64,000 nt of DNA from Faecousia sp. (GCA_034113565.1 JAXEXE010000031.1:14885-78884), one strand, 5' to 3'; shown: positions 36,413 through 47,004, numbered from the stretch's first letter. Made by a program: numbers and translations. The notes: a model not told the origin generated them from the letters alone.

Positions 36413-36840
36413 AAATTCTGGTAATCAACGGCCCGAATCTCAATATGCTGGGCATCCGGGAGCCGGGAATCTACGGCAAAAATACCTTTGCCGATCTTCT
36501 TACCCTGCTGGAGGATACCGCAAAGGAGCAGGGTGTGGAAGTCGAACAGTATCAGTCCAACCATGAGGGAGATATTGTGGACAAAATTCAGTGGGCCTAC
36601 GGAAAAATTGACGGAATCGTTATCAATCCTGCCGCCTACACCCACACCTCCGTGGCAATTCTGGACGCCCTGAAAGCGGTTTCTATTCCCACTGTGGAGG
36701 TACATATCTCCGATGTGGACGCCCGGGAACCCTTCCGGCAGATTTCCTACGCCGGGATGGCCTGCTGCAAAACCATCAAGGGTCACGGCTTTCAGGGCTA
36801 CCGGGAAGCGATACAGTACCTTGTGGAACAATATGGATGA
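36409..36840 (+). CDS. aroQ: Type II 3-dehydroquinate dehydratase
   Basis: NGPNLNMLGIREPGIYG, QSNHEG, INPAAYTHTS, EVHISD. Confidence 0.95.
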   Translation: MKILVINGPNLNMLGIREPGIYGKNTFADLLTLLEDTAKEQGVEVEQYQSNHEGDIVDKIQWAYGKIDGIVINPAAYTHTSVAILDALKAVSIPTVEVHISDVDAREPFRQISYAGMACCKTIKGHGFQGYREAIQYLVEQYG

Positions 36841-36844
36841 AAAA

Positions 36845-36882
36845 TGCGGCTATCGCCTCGCTTGAGACGATAGCCGTTCTTT
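36845..36882. terminator. Bidirectional terminator
   Basis: cggctatcg..cgatagccg hairpin between convergent genes. Confidence 0.65.
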
Positions 36883-39800
36883 TATTCGACCGATTTTAGC
36901 GCTTCCGCCATGTTAATCTTGTCCAGCCGGAAGTAGAACACAAAGTCCACAACCAGTGCGGACAGCAGCGTCAGGCTGATGGACCAAACGTAGGAAATCG
37001 GCTCTGCCAGTACCGTAAACCAGACCATGTCAATCTTGATCTGGCTCATGACGAAAATCAACAGCAGCTTGCCAAACACCAGCCCCAGCAGCGCGCCGAC
37101 CACCGTCAGCGCCAGATTCTCCTTGAACACGTAGGCAGCTGTTTCCGAGGCGTTGAAGCCAAGAACCTTGATGGTGGCAATCTCCCGAATTCGCTCGTTG
37201 ATGTTGATGTTGGTCAGGTTGTAAAGAACCGTCACCGCCAGAAGTCCCGCGCAGAAGACGATAACCCAGACCACCAGATCCATCGCTTCCATCATTCTGC
37301 TTACCGTTGCCGCCAGGTCCTCGCTGACCGACACATTCATCACATAGCTTAAGTCGCTGATTGCAGCGCCGAGGGCGTGGACATCGGCACCGTCCTTCAT
37401 TCGGACAAAGGCCATCTGGTATTCCGGTTCCTTCCCCCACTGGCCGGCAATGGTTTCCGTTGAAACAATGGCGTAATTGTATATGTGATTGTCATAGACG
37501 CCGGACACCGTCAGGTGCAGCTCCTCCAGATCGCCACTGCGCAGAATCAGCTCGTCCCCTTCCCGGATGCCCAGATTCTCCGCAACTCCGGAGGACAGGA
37601 GCACCTGATCCTTTCCGGGCATGGAGAGCCGGTTATCCCCCTTGTGGAAATCAATGAATCCGGCAAGCTCGTCACCGCCGGAAAGCAGATAGATTTCCTT
37701 TACCCGGTTGTCAAAGTCCAGTTCTACACTGCTCTGGTGATAGAACATCATGTTTTCGGCATCCCGCTCTACCGTTTGTCTGAACTTTTCCTGCTGCCGT
37801 TCAGAAGGCTCCTCCCGAAAATAGACGGAAATATCATACTTTGTAACATTTTCAAATTGATAGTTCACAATATTGGAAATGGAATCCCGCAGGCCAAAGC
37901 CTGTCAGCAGCAGCGCCGTACAGCCGCCGATGCCAATGAGCATCATGGCCAGCCGCTGCCGGTAGCGGAAGATGTTTCGGATGGTCACCTTATTCAGGAA
38001 GCTGATTTTCTTCCAGAAAGGCAACCTTTCCACAAAGATCTGCTTTCCCGCCTCCGGCGCCTTGGGGCGGATCAATTCTGCCGGATTCTCTGCCAGAGTC
38101 TTATGGCAGCACCACCAGGTGACAAAGAGCATGACCGCCGTATAGATTACCAGCACCGCTATGGAAAGAGGCCAGTTGAAGGTTAAAACCACATTGGGCT
38201 GAATATTCAGCATGATGCAGTAGGCTTTCCAGAGAATCTGGGGAAAAACAGTACAGCCCGCCGCAATGCCCAGAGCGCAACCCAGCACCGCGCCGCTGCC
38301 GGAATAGATGAGGTATTTGCTCATGATCTCCCGGTCGGTGTAGCCCAGCGCTTTCAGTGTGCCGATCTGTGTGCGCTCCTCATCGATCATCCGGGTCATT
38401 GTGGTAATGCAGACCAGCGCCGCAATCAGGATGAAAAACACCGGGAACACCCGGGAGACGCCCGCCACAATATCCGAAGAACTGTCCAGATTGTTATAGC
38501 CCACGTTGCTGTTCCGGTCCAGAATCATCAGATCCGGCGTGTCCATGGAATCAATCTCGTCACGGGCATCCAGCAGTTCTTCCTCCGCGTCCTTCAGCTC
38601 CGCTTCGGCATCCGCCAGTTCTTTTTCGGCGTCCTGCTTTGCCTGCTCATAATCCTGCCAGCCGTCCTCCAGCTCATCTTTTCCTTTCTTCCACTCGCCC
38701 CAGCCGACAGCCAGTTTCTTTTCGGCATTGTTCAGCTTGATTTCATTGTCCCACATCTTCTGCTCGCCCTGATCGATTTGGGCGCCGGCATCGGCAAGCT
38801 GCTTCTGCACGGCAGCCTTTTGATTTTCCAGCGCGGAATACTGGGCTTGTACCGATGCCATCGCATTGGCGACTTCCAAAATATGATTCGCCGTGTCAAG
38901 CGGCAAACCGGCGCCGCTCAAACGATCACTCAGGGTCTTCTTTTCCTGCTGCAAATCGTCTATCTGTTTTTGAATCGACGCAATTTCACTGTCCTGCGCC
39001 GACTGAAGCTTCTCGGTAAGTCTTGGAAGCTCATCATCAATCGCATCGATTCTGTCATTCCACTCAACCACAGACTGGGCGGCTGAAACCTGATCCTTTA
39101 CCTGATTATAGGCCTCTTTGACGGGTGCGCTCTGGGTATCCAGCTCCTGCTTCATGGCCGCAAACTGCGCTTCCGCCTCCGCCTTCTTCTGTGCCAGTTC
39201 TTTTCGCCCGGCTTCAATCTGCCCACGGGCTTCTTCGATTTTCTCTCTGCCGTCCTTGATTTCCTTCCCGCCATCGATCAGCTTTTTTCGGTTCTTCTCC
39301 AGTTCCTCCTCGCCGTCTTTCAGCTTCTTTTCCGCATCGGCAAGTTCCTTCTCCGCGTCTTTCTTCGCGTCCTCATATTCCTTGACGCCGTCCTGATACT
39401 CCCGATAGCCCTTATCGTATTCTTCCTCCGCCTCTGCCTTGACATCGGAAAAACGTTCTTCACACAGCTGCTCTGCCCGCGAGTTCAGCCGGTCAGCTTC
39501 CGCATCCAGAAAATCGTTGTATTCCTCGGTGTAGATTTTGTGACTGCCGTCAAGCCGAAGATGAATCTCCGTATAATAATCGTTGTCCAGCGCTGCCTTG
39601 GGCACATAGAAACAGTCAGAAAGAGAGCCGCTGCCCACGGAAGTGGTCCCCCGGTTCATATCCATATAAAGCGGCGAGGACACATAGCCCACAATGGTGA
39701 AGGTCTTCTGAACCACCTTGTCAAGGGAATCCGGGTCATTGCTGTCGGAAATCGTGATCGTAGTGCCGAGAACACTGTCGTCATTGCGATAGCCGTCGAC

Positions 39801-40202
39801 AAGGCATTCGTCGTCCTTCTGGGGCATTCTTCCGCCCCGGAGGGCCACCTTGTCCACGCTGTCCGGGATGGTATAGAACCGATACACCGACTCCTGCGTA
39901 CTATCCTCCCGATTCGCAATCAGGTCAATGCAGTACACGCCCTCCGCGGCGGTTACTCCCGCAAGCTCTGAGAATTTCTGCACATATTTGTTCGTCCAGC
40001 CGTAGTTGCTGATCATTCGCAGGTCGAACATATCCTGCTGATCCATAAAGGTCTGGCCCGTGGCAACCATGTCTGTTTTCGTCATCAGAAGGCCTACGAA
40101 TAATCCGGCACCCAGCGCAATAATCATGGTAATCGCCAGATACCGCCCTATGGATTTGATAATGGATTGGCGCAGATTTCTGCGCATGGCATTCTTGCTC
40201 AT
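36882..40202 (-). CDS. FtsX-like ABC transporter permease with a long coiled-coil insert
   Basis: Two FtsX C-terminal repeats (EERTQIGTLKALG, ERIREIATIKVLGF) and a heptad-rich extracellular region. Confidence 0.9.
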   Translation of the reverse strand: MSKNAMRRNLRQSIIKSIGRYLAITMIIALGAGLFVGLLMTKTDMVATGQTFMDQQDMFDLRMISNYGWTNKYVQKFSELAGVTAAEGVYCIDLIANREDSTQESVYRFYTIPDSVDKVALRGGRMPQKDDECLVDGYRNDDSVLGTTITISDSNDPDSLDKVVQKTFTIVGYVSSPLYMDMNRGTTSVGSGSLSDCFYVPKAALDNDYYTEIHLRLDGSHKIYTEEYNDFLDAEADRLNSRAEQLCEERFSDVKAEAEEEYDKGYREYQDGVKEYEDAKKDAEKELADAEKKLKDGEEELEKNRKKLIDGGKEIKDGREKIEEARGQIEAGRKELAQKKAEAEAQFAAMKQELDTQSAPVKEAYNQVKDQVSAAQSVVEWNDRIDAIDDELPRLTEKLQSAQDSEIASIQKQIDDLQQEKKTLSDRLSGAGLPLDTANHILEVANAMASVQAQYSALENQKAAVQKQLADAGAQIDQGEQKMWDNEIKLNNAEKKLAVGWGEWKKGKDELEDGWQDYEQAKQDAEKELADAEAELKDAEEELLDARDEIDSMDTPDLMILDRNSNVGYNNLDSSSDIVAGVSRVFPVFFILIAALVCITTMTRMIDEERTQIGTLKALGYTDREIMSKYLIYSGSGAVLGCALGIAAGCTVFPQILWKAYCIMLNIQPNVVLTFNWPLSIAVLVIYTAVMLFVTWWCCHKTLAENPAELIRPKAPEAGKQIFVERLPFWKKISFLNKVTIRNIFRYRQRLAMMLIGIGGCTALLLTGFGLRDSISNIVNYQFENVTKYDISVYFREEPSERQQEKFRQTVERDAENMMFYHQSSVELDFDNRVKEIYLLSGGDELAGFIDFHKGDNRLSMPGKDQVLLSSGVAENLGIREGDELILRSGDLEELHLTVSGVYDNHIYNYAIVSTETIAGQWGKEPEYQMAFVRMKDGADVHALGAAISDLSYVMNVSVSEDLAATVSRMMEAMDLVVWVIVFCAGLLAVTVLYNLTNININERIREIATIKVLGFNASETAAYVFKENLALTVVGALLGLVFGKLLLIFVMSQIKIDMVWFTVLAEPISYVWSISLTLLSALVVDFVFYFRLDKINMAEALKSVE

Positions 40203-40204
40203 GA

Positions 40205-40906
40205 TTACCACTCAATCTCCGATATGTTCTGGGGATGCTCGTTCTTTGTCACCGAAGCAACCGTGCCGTTCTTCACCCGGATGACCCGGTCTGCCATGGC
40301 GGTGAGCGCGCCGTTGTGGGTGATGATAATGACGGTCATACCGGTTCTGCGTCCGGTATCCTGCAGCAGCTGCAAAATCGCCTTGCCGGTCTGGTAATCC
40401 AGCGCGCCGGTGGGTTCGTCGCACAGCAGCAGTTTGGGGTTCTTTGCCAGTGCCCGGGCAATGGCAACCCGCTGCTGCTCGCCGCCGGACAGCTGGCTGG
40501 GGAAGTTCTTCTTTCGCTCCTCCAACCCAACTTCCTTTAGAATCTCATCTGCGTCCAGCGGATTTTTGCAGATCTGATTCGCCAGCTCCACATTCTCCAA
40601 CGCGGTCAGATTGCCGATCAGGTTATAAAACTGGAACACAAACCCCACGTCATGACGGCGGTATTCCGTCAGCTCCTTCTTGCTGAGGGCGGAAATCTCC
40701 CGTCCATCCAGCAACACCCGGCCGGTTGTCAGGGTGTCCATACCGCCCAGAATATTCAAAAGCGTCGTCTTGCCCGCGCCGGAGGGGCCGACAATCACCA
40801 CCAGCTCCCCCTTCTCCACTTCAAAGGAGGTATCGTGAAGGGCATGAATCTCCACCTCTCCCATGTGATAGGTCTTGCCCACATTTTCGAATTCCACAAA
40901 CGCCAT
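40205..40906 (-). CDS. ABC transporter ATP-binding protein (LolD/MacB type)
   Basis: [27 protein letters not shown]. Confidence 0.93.
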   Translation of the reverse strand: MAFVEFENVGKTYHMGEVEIHALHDTSFEVEKGELVVIVGPSGAGKTTLLNILGGMDTLTTGRVLLDGREISALSKKELTEYRRHDVGFVFQFYNLIGNLTALENVELANQICKNPLDADEILKEVGLEERKKNFPSQLSGGEQQRVAIARALAKNPKLLLCDEPTGALDYQTGKAILQLLQDTGRRTGMTVIIITHNGALTAMADRVIRVKNGTVASVTKNEHPQNISEIEW

Positions 40907-41023
40907 AATCCGCACCTCGATGAATTTTTCTTTGATTATACCACAATTCAGCCAGTTAATTTTAACGATTTGTGAATAAAAACCGCAGTTTCTGGCAAAA
41001 AGCCGAAACTGCGGAGGCCATGT

Positions 41024-41440
41024 TTATTTCTTTCTGAATACCAGCAGTTTGCTGCCGACATAATTGATAATGATAACCAGCACCTGGGTCACCAGTTTCC
41101 AGAGATTTCCGTTCCAGTGCAGGCAATCCACCGTCAGCAGCAGAATCCCTGTCTCCAGCACGCCGGAAGCCAGACGGCAGCTGACAAATTTTGTAAACTC
41201 CGGAACAACCGTCTTGGCGGACCAGTCGTGGCTGCGGAACACAAAGGGTTTGTTGGTCAAAAAGGCAAACACCACCGCGCCTACCCAGGCGATCATATTG
41301 CTGACAGCGGCGGATAGTCCGCAGAGATTATATGCAGGCAAATAAATGAGATAGTTCACTACGGTTGTCAATACACCGAAGAATAGATAAGACAGGACAT
41401 CCCAGTATTTGAGGATCAGGGAACGAAGCTTTTGAATCAT
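41024..41440 (-). CDS. GtrA family flippase-like membrane protein
   Basis: YLFFGVLTTVVN, AFLTNK.FVF, INYVGSKLLVF. Confidence 0.85.
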   Translation of the reverse strand: MIQKLRSLILKYWDVLSYLFFGVLTTVVNYLIYLPAYNLCGLSAAVSNMIAWVGAVVFAFLTNKPFVFRSHDWSAKTVVPEFTKFVSCRLASGVLETGILLLTVDCLHWNGNLWKLVTQVLVIIINYVGSKLLVFRKK

Positions 41441-41519
41441 AAGGCGCCTCCAATCAATTTCCGACTGATTATACCACAGAACTTCCAAAATTTGCAACAG
41501 AAATTTTACAAAGAGGGTG

Positions 41520-41548
41520 TTGACAAACCGCGCCATTATCAGTATAAT
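41520..41548 (+). promoter_or_regulatory. Consensus SigA promoter of ldhA
   Basis: TTGACA-N17-TATAAT. Confidence 0.85.
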
Positions 41549-41577
41549 GCTATCGATATTAAAAGGAGGAATAAATT

Positions 41578-42567
41578 ATGAAACTTGCTTTTTTTGATAC
41601 CAAGTCCTATGACGTTCCCGGCTTTGACCGCTACGCGGTTCCCGCCGGAATTGAGATCAAATACTATGAGCCGAACCTGAACCGGGACACCGTCACCCTT
41701 GCCAATGGATTTGATGCGGTGTGCGTGTTCGTCAATGACACCGTGGATGCCGAGGTGGTGGAAAAGCTCTATCATATGGGTGTGAAGGCCATTGCTCTGC
41801 GCTGCGCCGGTTTCAACAATGTGGATATCAAGGCCTGTGAAGGAAAGCTGCGGGTTTTCCGGGTGCCCGCCTACTCCCCCCATGCCGTGGCTGAGCACGC
41901 AATGGCGCTGCTGCTGACCATCAACCGCCGCACCCACAAGGCCTATATCCGTACCCGGGACTTCAATTTCAGCCTTCAGGGTCTGGCAGGCTTTGACCTG
42001 TACGGAAAAACGGTAGGCGTTATTGGCACCGGCAAAATCGGACGGGTATTTGCGGATATCTGCAAGGGCTTTGGTATGAATATTCTGGCCTACGACAAAT
42101 TCCCTGCTGCGGATTCCGGCCTGAATTATGTGGAGCTGCCGGAGCTGTTTGCCAAATCCGACATCATCTCCCTGCATTGCCCGCTGACCGACGAGACGCG
42201 GCACATCATCAACGACGACTCCATCGCGCAGATGAAAAAAGGCGTGACCATCATCAACACCTCTCGGGGCGCGCTGGTCAACACTGAGGACCTGATCAAC
42301 GGCATCAAGGAAAAGCAGGTGGGCGCAGCGTGTCTCGACGTGTATGAGGAGGAGGGCGACCTGTTCTATGAGGACTACTCCGGCCACATCGTGCAGGATG
42401 ACAAACTGGTGCGGCTGATTGCCATGCCCAACGTCATCGTCACTTCCCACCAGGCCTTCCTGACCAACGAGGCGCTGGACAACATTGCCGCCACCACGGT
42501 GAACAATCTGACCCGCTTCTTCAGCGGCGACCCCGATACCACCACCGAGGTCTGCTGCCACAAGTAA
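41578..42567 (+). CDS. ldhA: D-lactate / D-2-hydroxyacid dehydrogenase
   Basis: CVFVND, RCAGFNNVD, VPAYSPHAVAE, GTGKIG, INTSRG, DVYEEE, TSHQAFLT. Confidence 0.9.
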   Translation: MKLAFFDTKSYDVPGFDRYAVPAGIEIKYYEPNLNRDTVTLANGFDAVCVFVNDTVDAEVVEKLYHMGVKAIALRCAGFNNVDIKACEGKLRVFRVPAYSPHAVAEHAMALLLTINRRTHKAYIRTRDFNFSLQGLAGFDLYGKTVGVIGTGKIGRVFADICKGFGMNILAYDKFPAADSGLNYVELPELFAKSDIISLHCPLTDETRHIINDDSIAQMKKGVTIINTSRGALVNTEDLINGIKEKQVGAACLDVYEEEGDLFYEDYSGHIVQDDKLVRLIAMPNVIVTSHQAFLTNEALDNIAATTVNNLTRFFSGDPDTTTEVCCHK

Positions 42568-42580
42568 CGCCATACAGCAC

Positions 42581-42616
42581 AAGAGGCCTGCCGGTTATCC
42601 GGCAGACCTCTTTTTT
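42581..42616. terminator. Bidirectional terminator
   Basis: agaggcctgccgg-ttat-ccggcagacctct plus a T-tract. Confidence 0.75.
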
Positions 42617-43254
42617 CAAAAGCCCAGCTCCTCCCCTACCAGAACAAATTTGATGCGTCCGGCAGGGCGGCAGTTGCGGGTAATCAGAATCTGATTGCAG
42701 ATGCTCTCCTCGCTCTTACAGTCGGCGCAGGCACCCGTGACCTCGCAGGGAGTCTTGAAGGGGAAGCGCTGCTTGTTCATGGGGGCGGCAACGGTTCTGG
42801 CACGGGTCACGGCATCGTCCAGCGTATCGCAGACCTTGTTCATGCCCGCGATCACCAGAATCGTATCCGGGCCGTAAGCAATGGCAGCGACCCGGTTGCC
42901 GGTGCCGTCGATGTTGACCATCTGCCCGTCCAGACTCAGCGCGTTGGCGCCGCAGAGGAACACATCTGCCGTCAGGCAGCGTTTCAGAGCCTGGGTTCGC
43001 TCTTCCGGGGTGGTGGCGGCATCCCGGTCAATGGCAGCAAAGTTGCCGGACTTGACTGCATCGATCAAGCCGATCTGCTGGGCGGACAGCGCGCCGCCCC
43101 AGCCCACGCTGGCTCCCTCGGGAATCAGCTTCAGCGCTTTTGCCAGAGCAGAAGCACTGTCCGGGCAGTAGTAGGCCTCAAAATGACGGCTTTTCAGGTT
43201 CTTGACCAGCACCTGCGCCCGTTTTTCGTAATAGGTTTTCATTTGTTCCGTCAT
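42616..43254 (-). CDS. LUD-domain (LutC/YkgG-like) protein
   Basis: VGWGG, ADVFLCGANA.S.DG..VNIDG.GNRVAA, GMNK, Cys cluster PCEVTGACADC...IC. Confidence 0.8.
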   Translation of the reverse strand: MTEQMKTYYEKRAQVLVKNLKSRHFEAYYCPDSASALAKALKLIPEGASVGWGGALSAQQIGLIDAVKSGNFAAIDRDAATTPEERTQALKRCLTADVFLCGANALSLDGQMVNIDGTGNRVAAIAYGPDTILVIAGMNKVCDTLDDAVTRARTVAAPMNKQRFPFKTPCEVTGACADCKSEESICNQILITRNCRPAGRIKFVLVGEELGF

Positions 43255-43269
43255 AGAAATCCCTCCAAA

Positions 43270-44532
43270 TCAGAATATTTTTCCGGCACACTCGACAATC
43301 TTTTCCATCTCCCCGTCGGTATGGGCATTGCACAGGAACATGGCTTCAAACTGGCTGGGTGCCGCGTAGATGCCCTGTTCCAACAGTCCCAGATACCAGC
43401 GGCGGAAGGCGTCCAAATCGGAGGAACGGGCCGCGTCGTAGCCTGTCACCGGTTTGTCCGTAAAGAAAACAGTCAGCAGGGAGCCGACGCGATTCACCTG
43501 CACGGGAATCCCGGCGAGGGCTTCTCTCAGCCCCTTTTCCAGCATGGCGCCCCTGCGCTCCAGATTTGTGTAAATTTCCGGTGTGGACTTCAGAATCCGC
43601 AGTTGGGCAAGACCCGCCGCCATGGCAACCGGGTTTCCGGACAGGGTGCCCGCCTGATAGACAGGGCCGAGAGGGGCCACCTGCTCCATCAGCTTCCGGC
43701 TGCCGCCGTAGGCGCCAACGGGCATACCGCCGCCGATAATTTTGCCGTAGGTCACGAGATCGGCACGGACGTCATAGTATTCCTGGGCGCCGCCGGGTGC
43801 CAGACGGAAGCCGGTAATCACCTCGTCAAAGACGAGAAGTGCGCCGCTTTCATCGCACAGCCTGCGCAATCCCTGCAGGAAACCGGGCTGGGGCGGAACA
43901 ACGCCCATGTTTGCGGCAACCGGCTCCACAATCACTGCCGCCACCTGACCGGGATTGGCTTTCAGCAGGGCTTCCACGCTACTCAGGTCATTGTAATTCG
44001 CCGTCAGGGTATCCCCGGCGATTTCCGCCGGAACGCCCGCAGAGTCGGGAGCGCCGCCGGTCAGCGCGCCGGAGCCGGCTTTCACCAGCATGGCATCGGT
44101 GTGCCCGTGGTAGCAGCCCGCGAACTTGATGATCTTGCTTCTTCCCGTCGCGCCACGGGCAAGCCGCAGGGCGGACATCACCGCTTCAGTGCCGGAATTG
44201 ACCATGCGCACCATTTGGGTGCCGGTCATTTCGCACACCAGCTGGGCCATTTCAACCTCCACCGCCGTAGGCGCGCCGAAGCTCAAGCCTTTGCGGATGG
44301 CCTCGCTGACCGCCCGCTCCACCGCTTCATTGCAGTGTCCCAGAATCAGCGGGCCCCAGGAGCCGATGAGATCGATGTATTCCTTTCCGTCCACGTCCCA
44401 CACGTGGCTGCCAAGGCCCCGGTCCAGAAACCGGGGATAGGTGCCCACGCTGCGGCAGGCCCGCACCGGGGAATTGACGCCGCCGGGCATGACCTTCTGA
44501 GCCGCTTCAAATAAGCTTTCCGAACGCGTCAT
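43270..44532 (-). CDS. hemL: Glutamate-1-semialdehyde 2,1-aminomutase
   Basis: MPGGVNSPVRA, NSGTEA, YHGH, FDEVITGFR, GKIIGGG, YQAGTLSGNP. Start overlaps the hemB stop (TGATG). Confidence 0.95.
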   Translation of the reverse strand: MTRSESLFEAAQKVMPGGVNSPVRACRSVGTYPRFLDRGLGSHVWDVDGKEYIDLIGSWGPLILGHCNEAVERAVSEAIRKGLSFGAPTAVEVEMAQLVCEMTGTQMVRMVNSGTEAVMSALRLARGATGRSKIIKFAGCYHGHTDAMLVKAGSGALTGGAPDSAGVPAEIAGDTLTANYNDLSSVEALLKANPGQVAAVIVEPVAANMGVVPPQPGFLQGLRRLCDESGALLVFDEVITGFRLAPGGAQEYYDVRADLVTYGKIIGGGMPVGAYGGSRKLMEQVAPLGPVYQAGTLSGNPVAMAAGLAQLRILKSTPEIYTNLERRGAMLEKGLREALAGIPVQVNRVGSLLTVFFTDKPVTGYDAARSSDLDAFRRWYLGLLEQGIYAAPSQFEAMFLCNAHTDGEMEKIVECAGKIF

Positions 44533-45515
44533 CAGCCCAGCTCCCCCTGCTTCATGGCCTGGGCCAGCTCCTTGGCGTAGTAGGTAATGAGGATGTCCGC
44601 GCCCGCCCGGAAAATGGACAGAGCGCTTTCGCACATGACCCGGTGCTCGTCAATCAGTCCGGCCTTGCCCGCCGCTTTTATCATGGCGTACTCGCCGCTG
44701 ACGGAATACGCCGCCATAGGAAGATCAAAGGCATCGGAGCACTCACGGATAATGTCGAGGTAGCTCAGCGCGGGCTTGACCATCAGAATATCCGCGCCCT
44801 CTTCCACATCCAAAGCACACTCCTTCAGGGCCTCCCGGCGGTTGTGGGGATCCATCTGATATCCCCGCCGGTCGCCGAAGGCCGGGGCGGAACCGGCGGC
44901 ATCCCGGAAGGGGCCGTAGAAGGCGGAAGCATACTTTGCGGAATAGGACATAATCGGCACATTTTGATAGCCGTTATCATCCAGCACCTGACGTATGGCA
45001 GCAATTCGTCCATCCATCATGTCAGAGGGCGCTACCATATCGGCACCCGCCTGTGCGTGAGAAAGGGCGGTTTTTGCCAGCACCCGCAGGGTCTCGTCAT
45101 TGTCCACCTCATGGTCGTGGAGGATGCCGCAGTGTCCGTGGTCGGTGTACTCGCACATACACACATCGGTGATCACATAGCAGTCGGGGAACTTTGCCTT
45201 GATGGCACGGATGCCCTGCTGGACAACGCCGTTGGGGTCCCAGGCGGAGGAACCGCAGGCGTCCTTATGGGCAGGAATGCCAAACAGCAGCACCCGCTTG
45301 ACACCCGCTGCCATACATTCCTCAATTTCCTCGCAGACCCGGTCGGGAGAATACCGCCACTGACCGTCCAGAGACGGGATTGGCTCCCGGATGTTCTCCC
45401 CCTCGATTAAAAACAGGGGGTAGATCAGGCTGTCTGGGGAGACCCGGGTCTCCCGCACCATGCGCCGCAGAGTGTCGCTGCTGCGCAGCCTGCGGGGACG
45501 AATGGTTAAATCCAT
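44532..45515 (-). CDS. hemB: Porphobilinogen synthase
   Basis: RPRRLR, DVCMCEYTDHGHCG, APSDMMDGR, YSAKYASAFYGPFRDA, MVKPA. Confidence 0.96.
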   Translation of the reverse strand: MDLTIRPRRLRSSDTLRRMVRETRVSPDSLIYPLFLIEGENIREPIPSLDGQWRYSPDRVCEEIEECMAAGVKRVLLFGIPAHKDACGSSAWDPNGVVQQGIRAIKAKFPDCYVITDVCMCEYTDHGHCGILHDHEVDNDETLRVLAKTALSHAQAGADMVAPSDMMDGRIAAIRQVLDDNGYQNVPIMSYSAKYASAFYGPFRDAAGSAPAFGDRRGYQMDPHNRREALKECALDVEEGADILMVKPALSYLDIIRECSDAFDLPMAAYSVSGEYAMIKAAGKAGLIDEHRVMCESALSIFRAGADILITYYAKELAQAMKQGELG

Positions 45516-45516
45516 A

Positions 45517-47004
45517 TTAGCACACTCCTTTGATACACGCTATCAGGGATTCCATGGTGGCCTTCCGGGCAACGCGAATGGGAATCCCGTATTTTTCGGC
45601 TTCCGCTGCGGTCTGTCTGCCGATGCAGCAGCCAACCATTCCGGAAAAGTCCGTGTCCGGCAGGCTCTGCACAAACCCCCGAACCGTGGAAGCGCTGGTA
45701 AAGGTGACGATGGCGCCGGATTCCACCAATTCCTTCACAGGCTCGGAATTGGGCGCTTCATAAACGGTATCATAACAAGCAATATCCGCAAAGGAAATGC
45801 CCTTTTCCGCAAACAGTTTCGGCAGCGCGTCGCTTCCTTCGCTGGCGCGGCACAGAAGCACCGGGCCTTCCACGCTCGCCATGGCCTGGGCCAGGTGATC
45901 AGAGTCATAGGTTTCGGGCACCAGATCGGCAAAGACGCCGTTTTTTTCCACTTCCCCGGCGGTTTTGGGGCCGATAGCGGCGATTTTCAGCCCGGCAAGG
46001 GCGCGGGCATCCTTGTGCTGCTGACGCAGCCGGCGGAAGAAAATCTCCGCCCCGGCAGGGCTGGTGAATACCAGCCAGCGGTATTGGGACAGGTTTTCCA
46101 TGGCATCATCCAATTCAGGATTGCTCTCCCGTTCCGCAGTGCGGATGCAGGGAAATGCCGTCACATTTGCGCCCAGAGCGCTGAGCTTCCCGCAAAGGGA
46201 ACCGCTTCGCTCTGCCGGGCGGGTGACGATCACCTCACGGCCTTTCAGGGGCAGGCTGTCAAACCAGTCGAAGCTGTCGGACAGACTGCACACCCTGCCC
46301 ACCACGATGATGGCAGGACTGACGATGTTTGCTTCTTCCGCTGCCCGGGGCAGCTTTTCCAGCGTGGATACCACCTTCCGCTGCCGGGGCAGGGTTCCCC
46401 GCTCGATGACGGCGGCGGGCATGTTTCCTTCCATACCGGCATCCAGCAGGCCCTTGCAGATCATTGGCAGCGCTGTGACGCCCATGAGAAACACCAGCGT
46501 GCCATTTGTCCGCCGCAGAGCGTCAAAATCGATTTTCAGCTCCGCTCCGGCCTTGGCGTGGCCGGTGATGATATGGACGGAGGAACAGTAGTCCCGGTGG
46601 GTCACTGGGATTCCCGCATAGGCAGGCACCGACAGGGCCGAGGTCACGCCGGGCACCTCCTGAAAGGGAATCCCATTTTCCTTCAGCAGTTCCAGCTCCT
46701 CGCCGCCCCTGCCGAACAGGAAGGGGTCACCGCCCTTCAGGCGCACCACCCGCTTGCCCTCCTGTGCCTTTTCCAGCAGAATCTGATTAATCCGATCCTG
46801 CGGAACGGGGTGGTTGCTGGCCTGCTTGCCCACATCGATTTTTTCTGCGGTCTCCGGGATCAAGCTTAAAATTTCTGGGCCAACCAGACGGTCATAGACC
46901 ACGACCTCTGCCTGGCGCAGCGCTTCCAGCCCCTTTCGGGTCAGAAGGCCCGGGTCGCCGGGGCCAGCGCCCACCAAAATCACATTGCCTGCGTTCATTG
47001 GCAT
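45517..47004 (-). CDS. cobA: Uroporphyrinogen-III methyltransferase / synthase fusion (CobA-HemD)
   Basis: GAGPGDPGLLT, RLKGGDPFLFGRGGEE, then the HemD half VIVTRP, LVFTS, AIGPKT. Confidence 0.93.
   Translation of the reverse strand: MPMNAGNVILVGAGPGDPGLLTRKGLEALRQAEVVVYDRLVGPEILSLIPETAEKIDVGKQASNHPVPQDRINQILLEKAQEGKRVVRLKGGDPFLFGRGGEELELLKENGIPFQEVPGVTSALSVPAYAGIPVTHRDYCSSVHIITGHAKAGAELKIDFDALRRTNGTLVFLMGVTALPMICKGLLDAGMEGNMPAAVIERGTLPRQRKVVSTLEKLPRAAEEANIVSPAIIVVGRVCSLSDSFDWFDSLPLKGREVIVTRPAERSGSLCGKLSALGANVTAFPCIRTAERESNPELDDAMENLSQYRWLVFTSPAGAEIFFRRLRQQHKDARALAGLKIAAIGPKTAGEVEKNGVFADLVPETYDSDHLAQAMASVEGPVLLCRASEGSDALPKLFAEKGISFADIACYDTVYEAPNSEPVKELVESGAIVTFTSASTVRGFVQSLPDTDFSGMVGCCIGRQTAAEAEKYGIPIRVARKATMESLIACIKGVC

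Noticed and set aside
36882-40906. ABC exporter as part of a bacteriocin or defence cluster
   Set aside because: No precursor peptide, modification enzyme or two-component system is adjacent. It is an ordinary FtsX/MacB-type pair.
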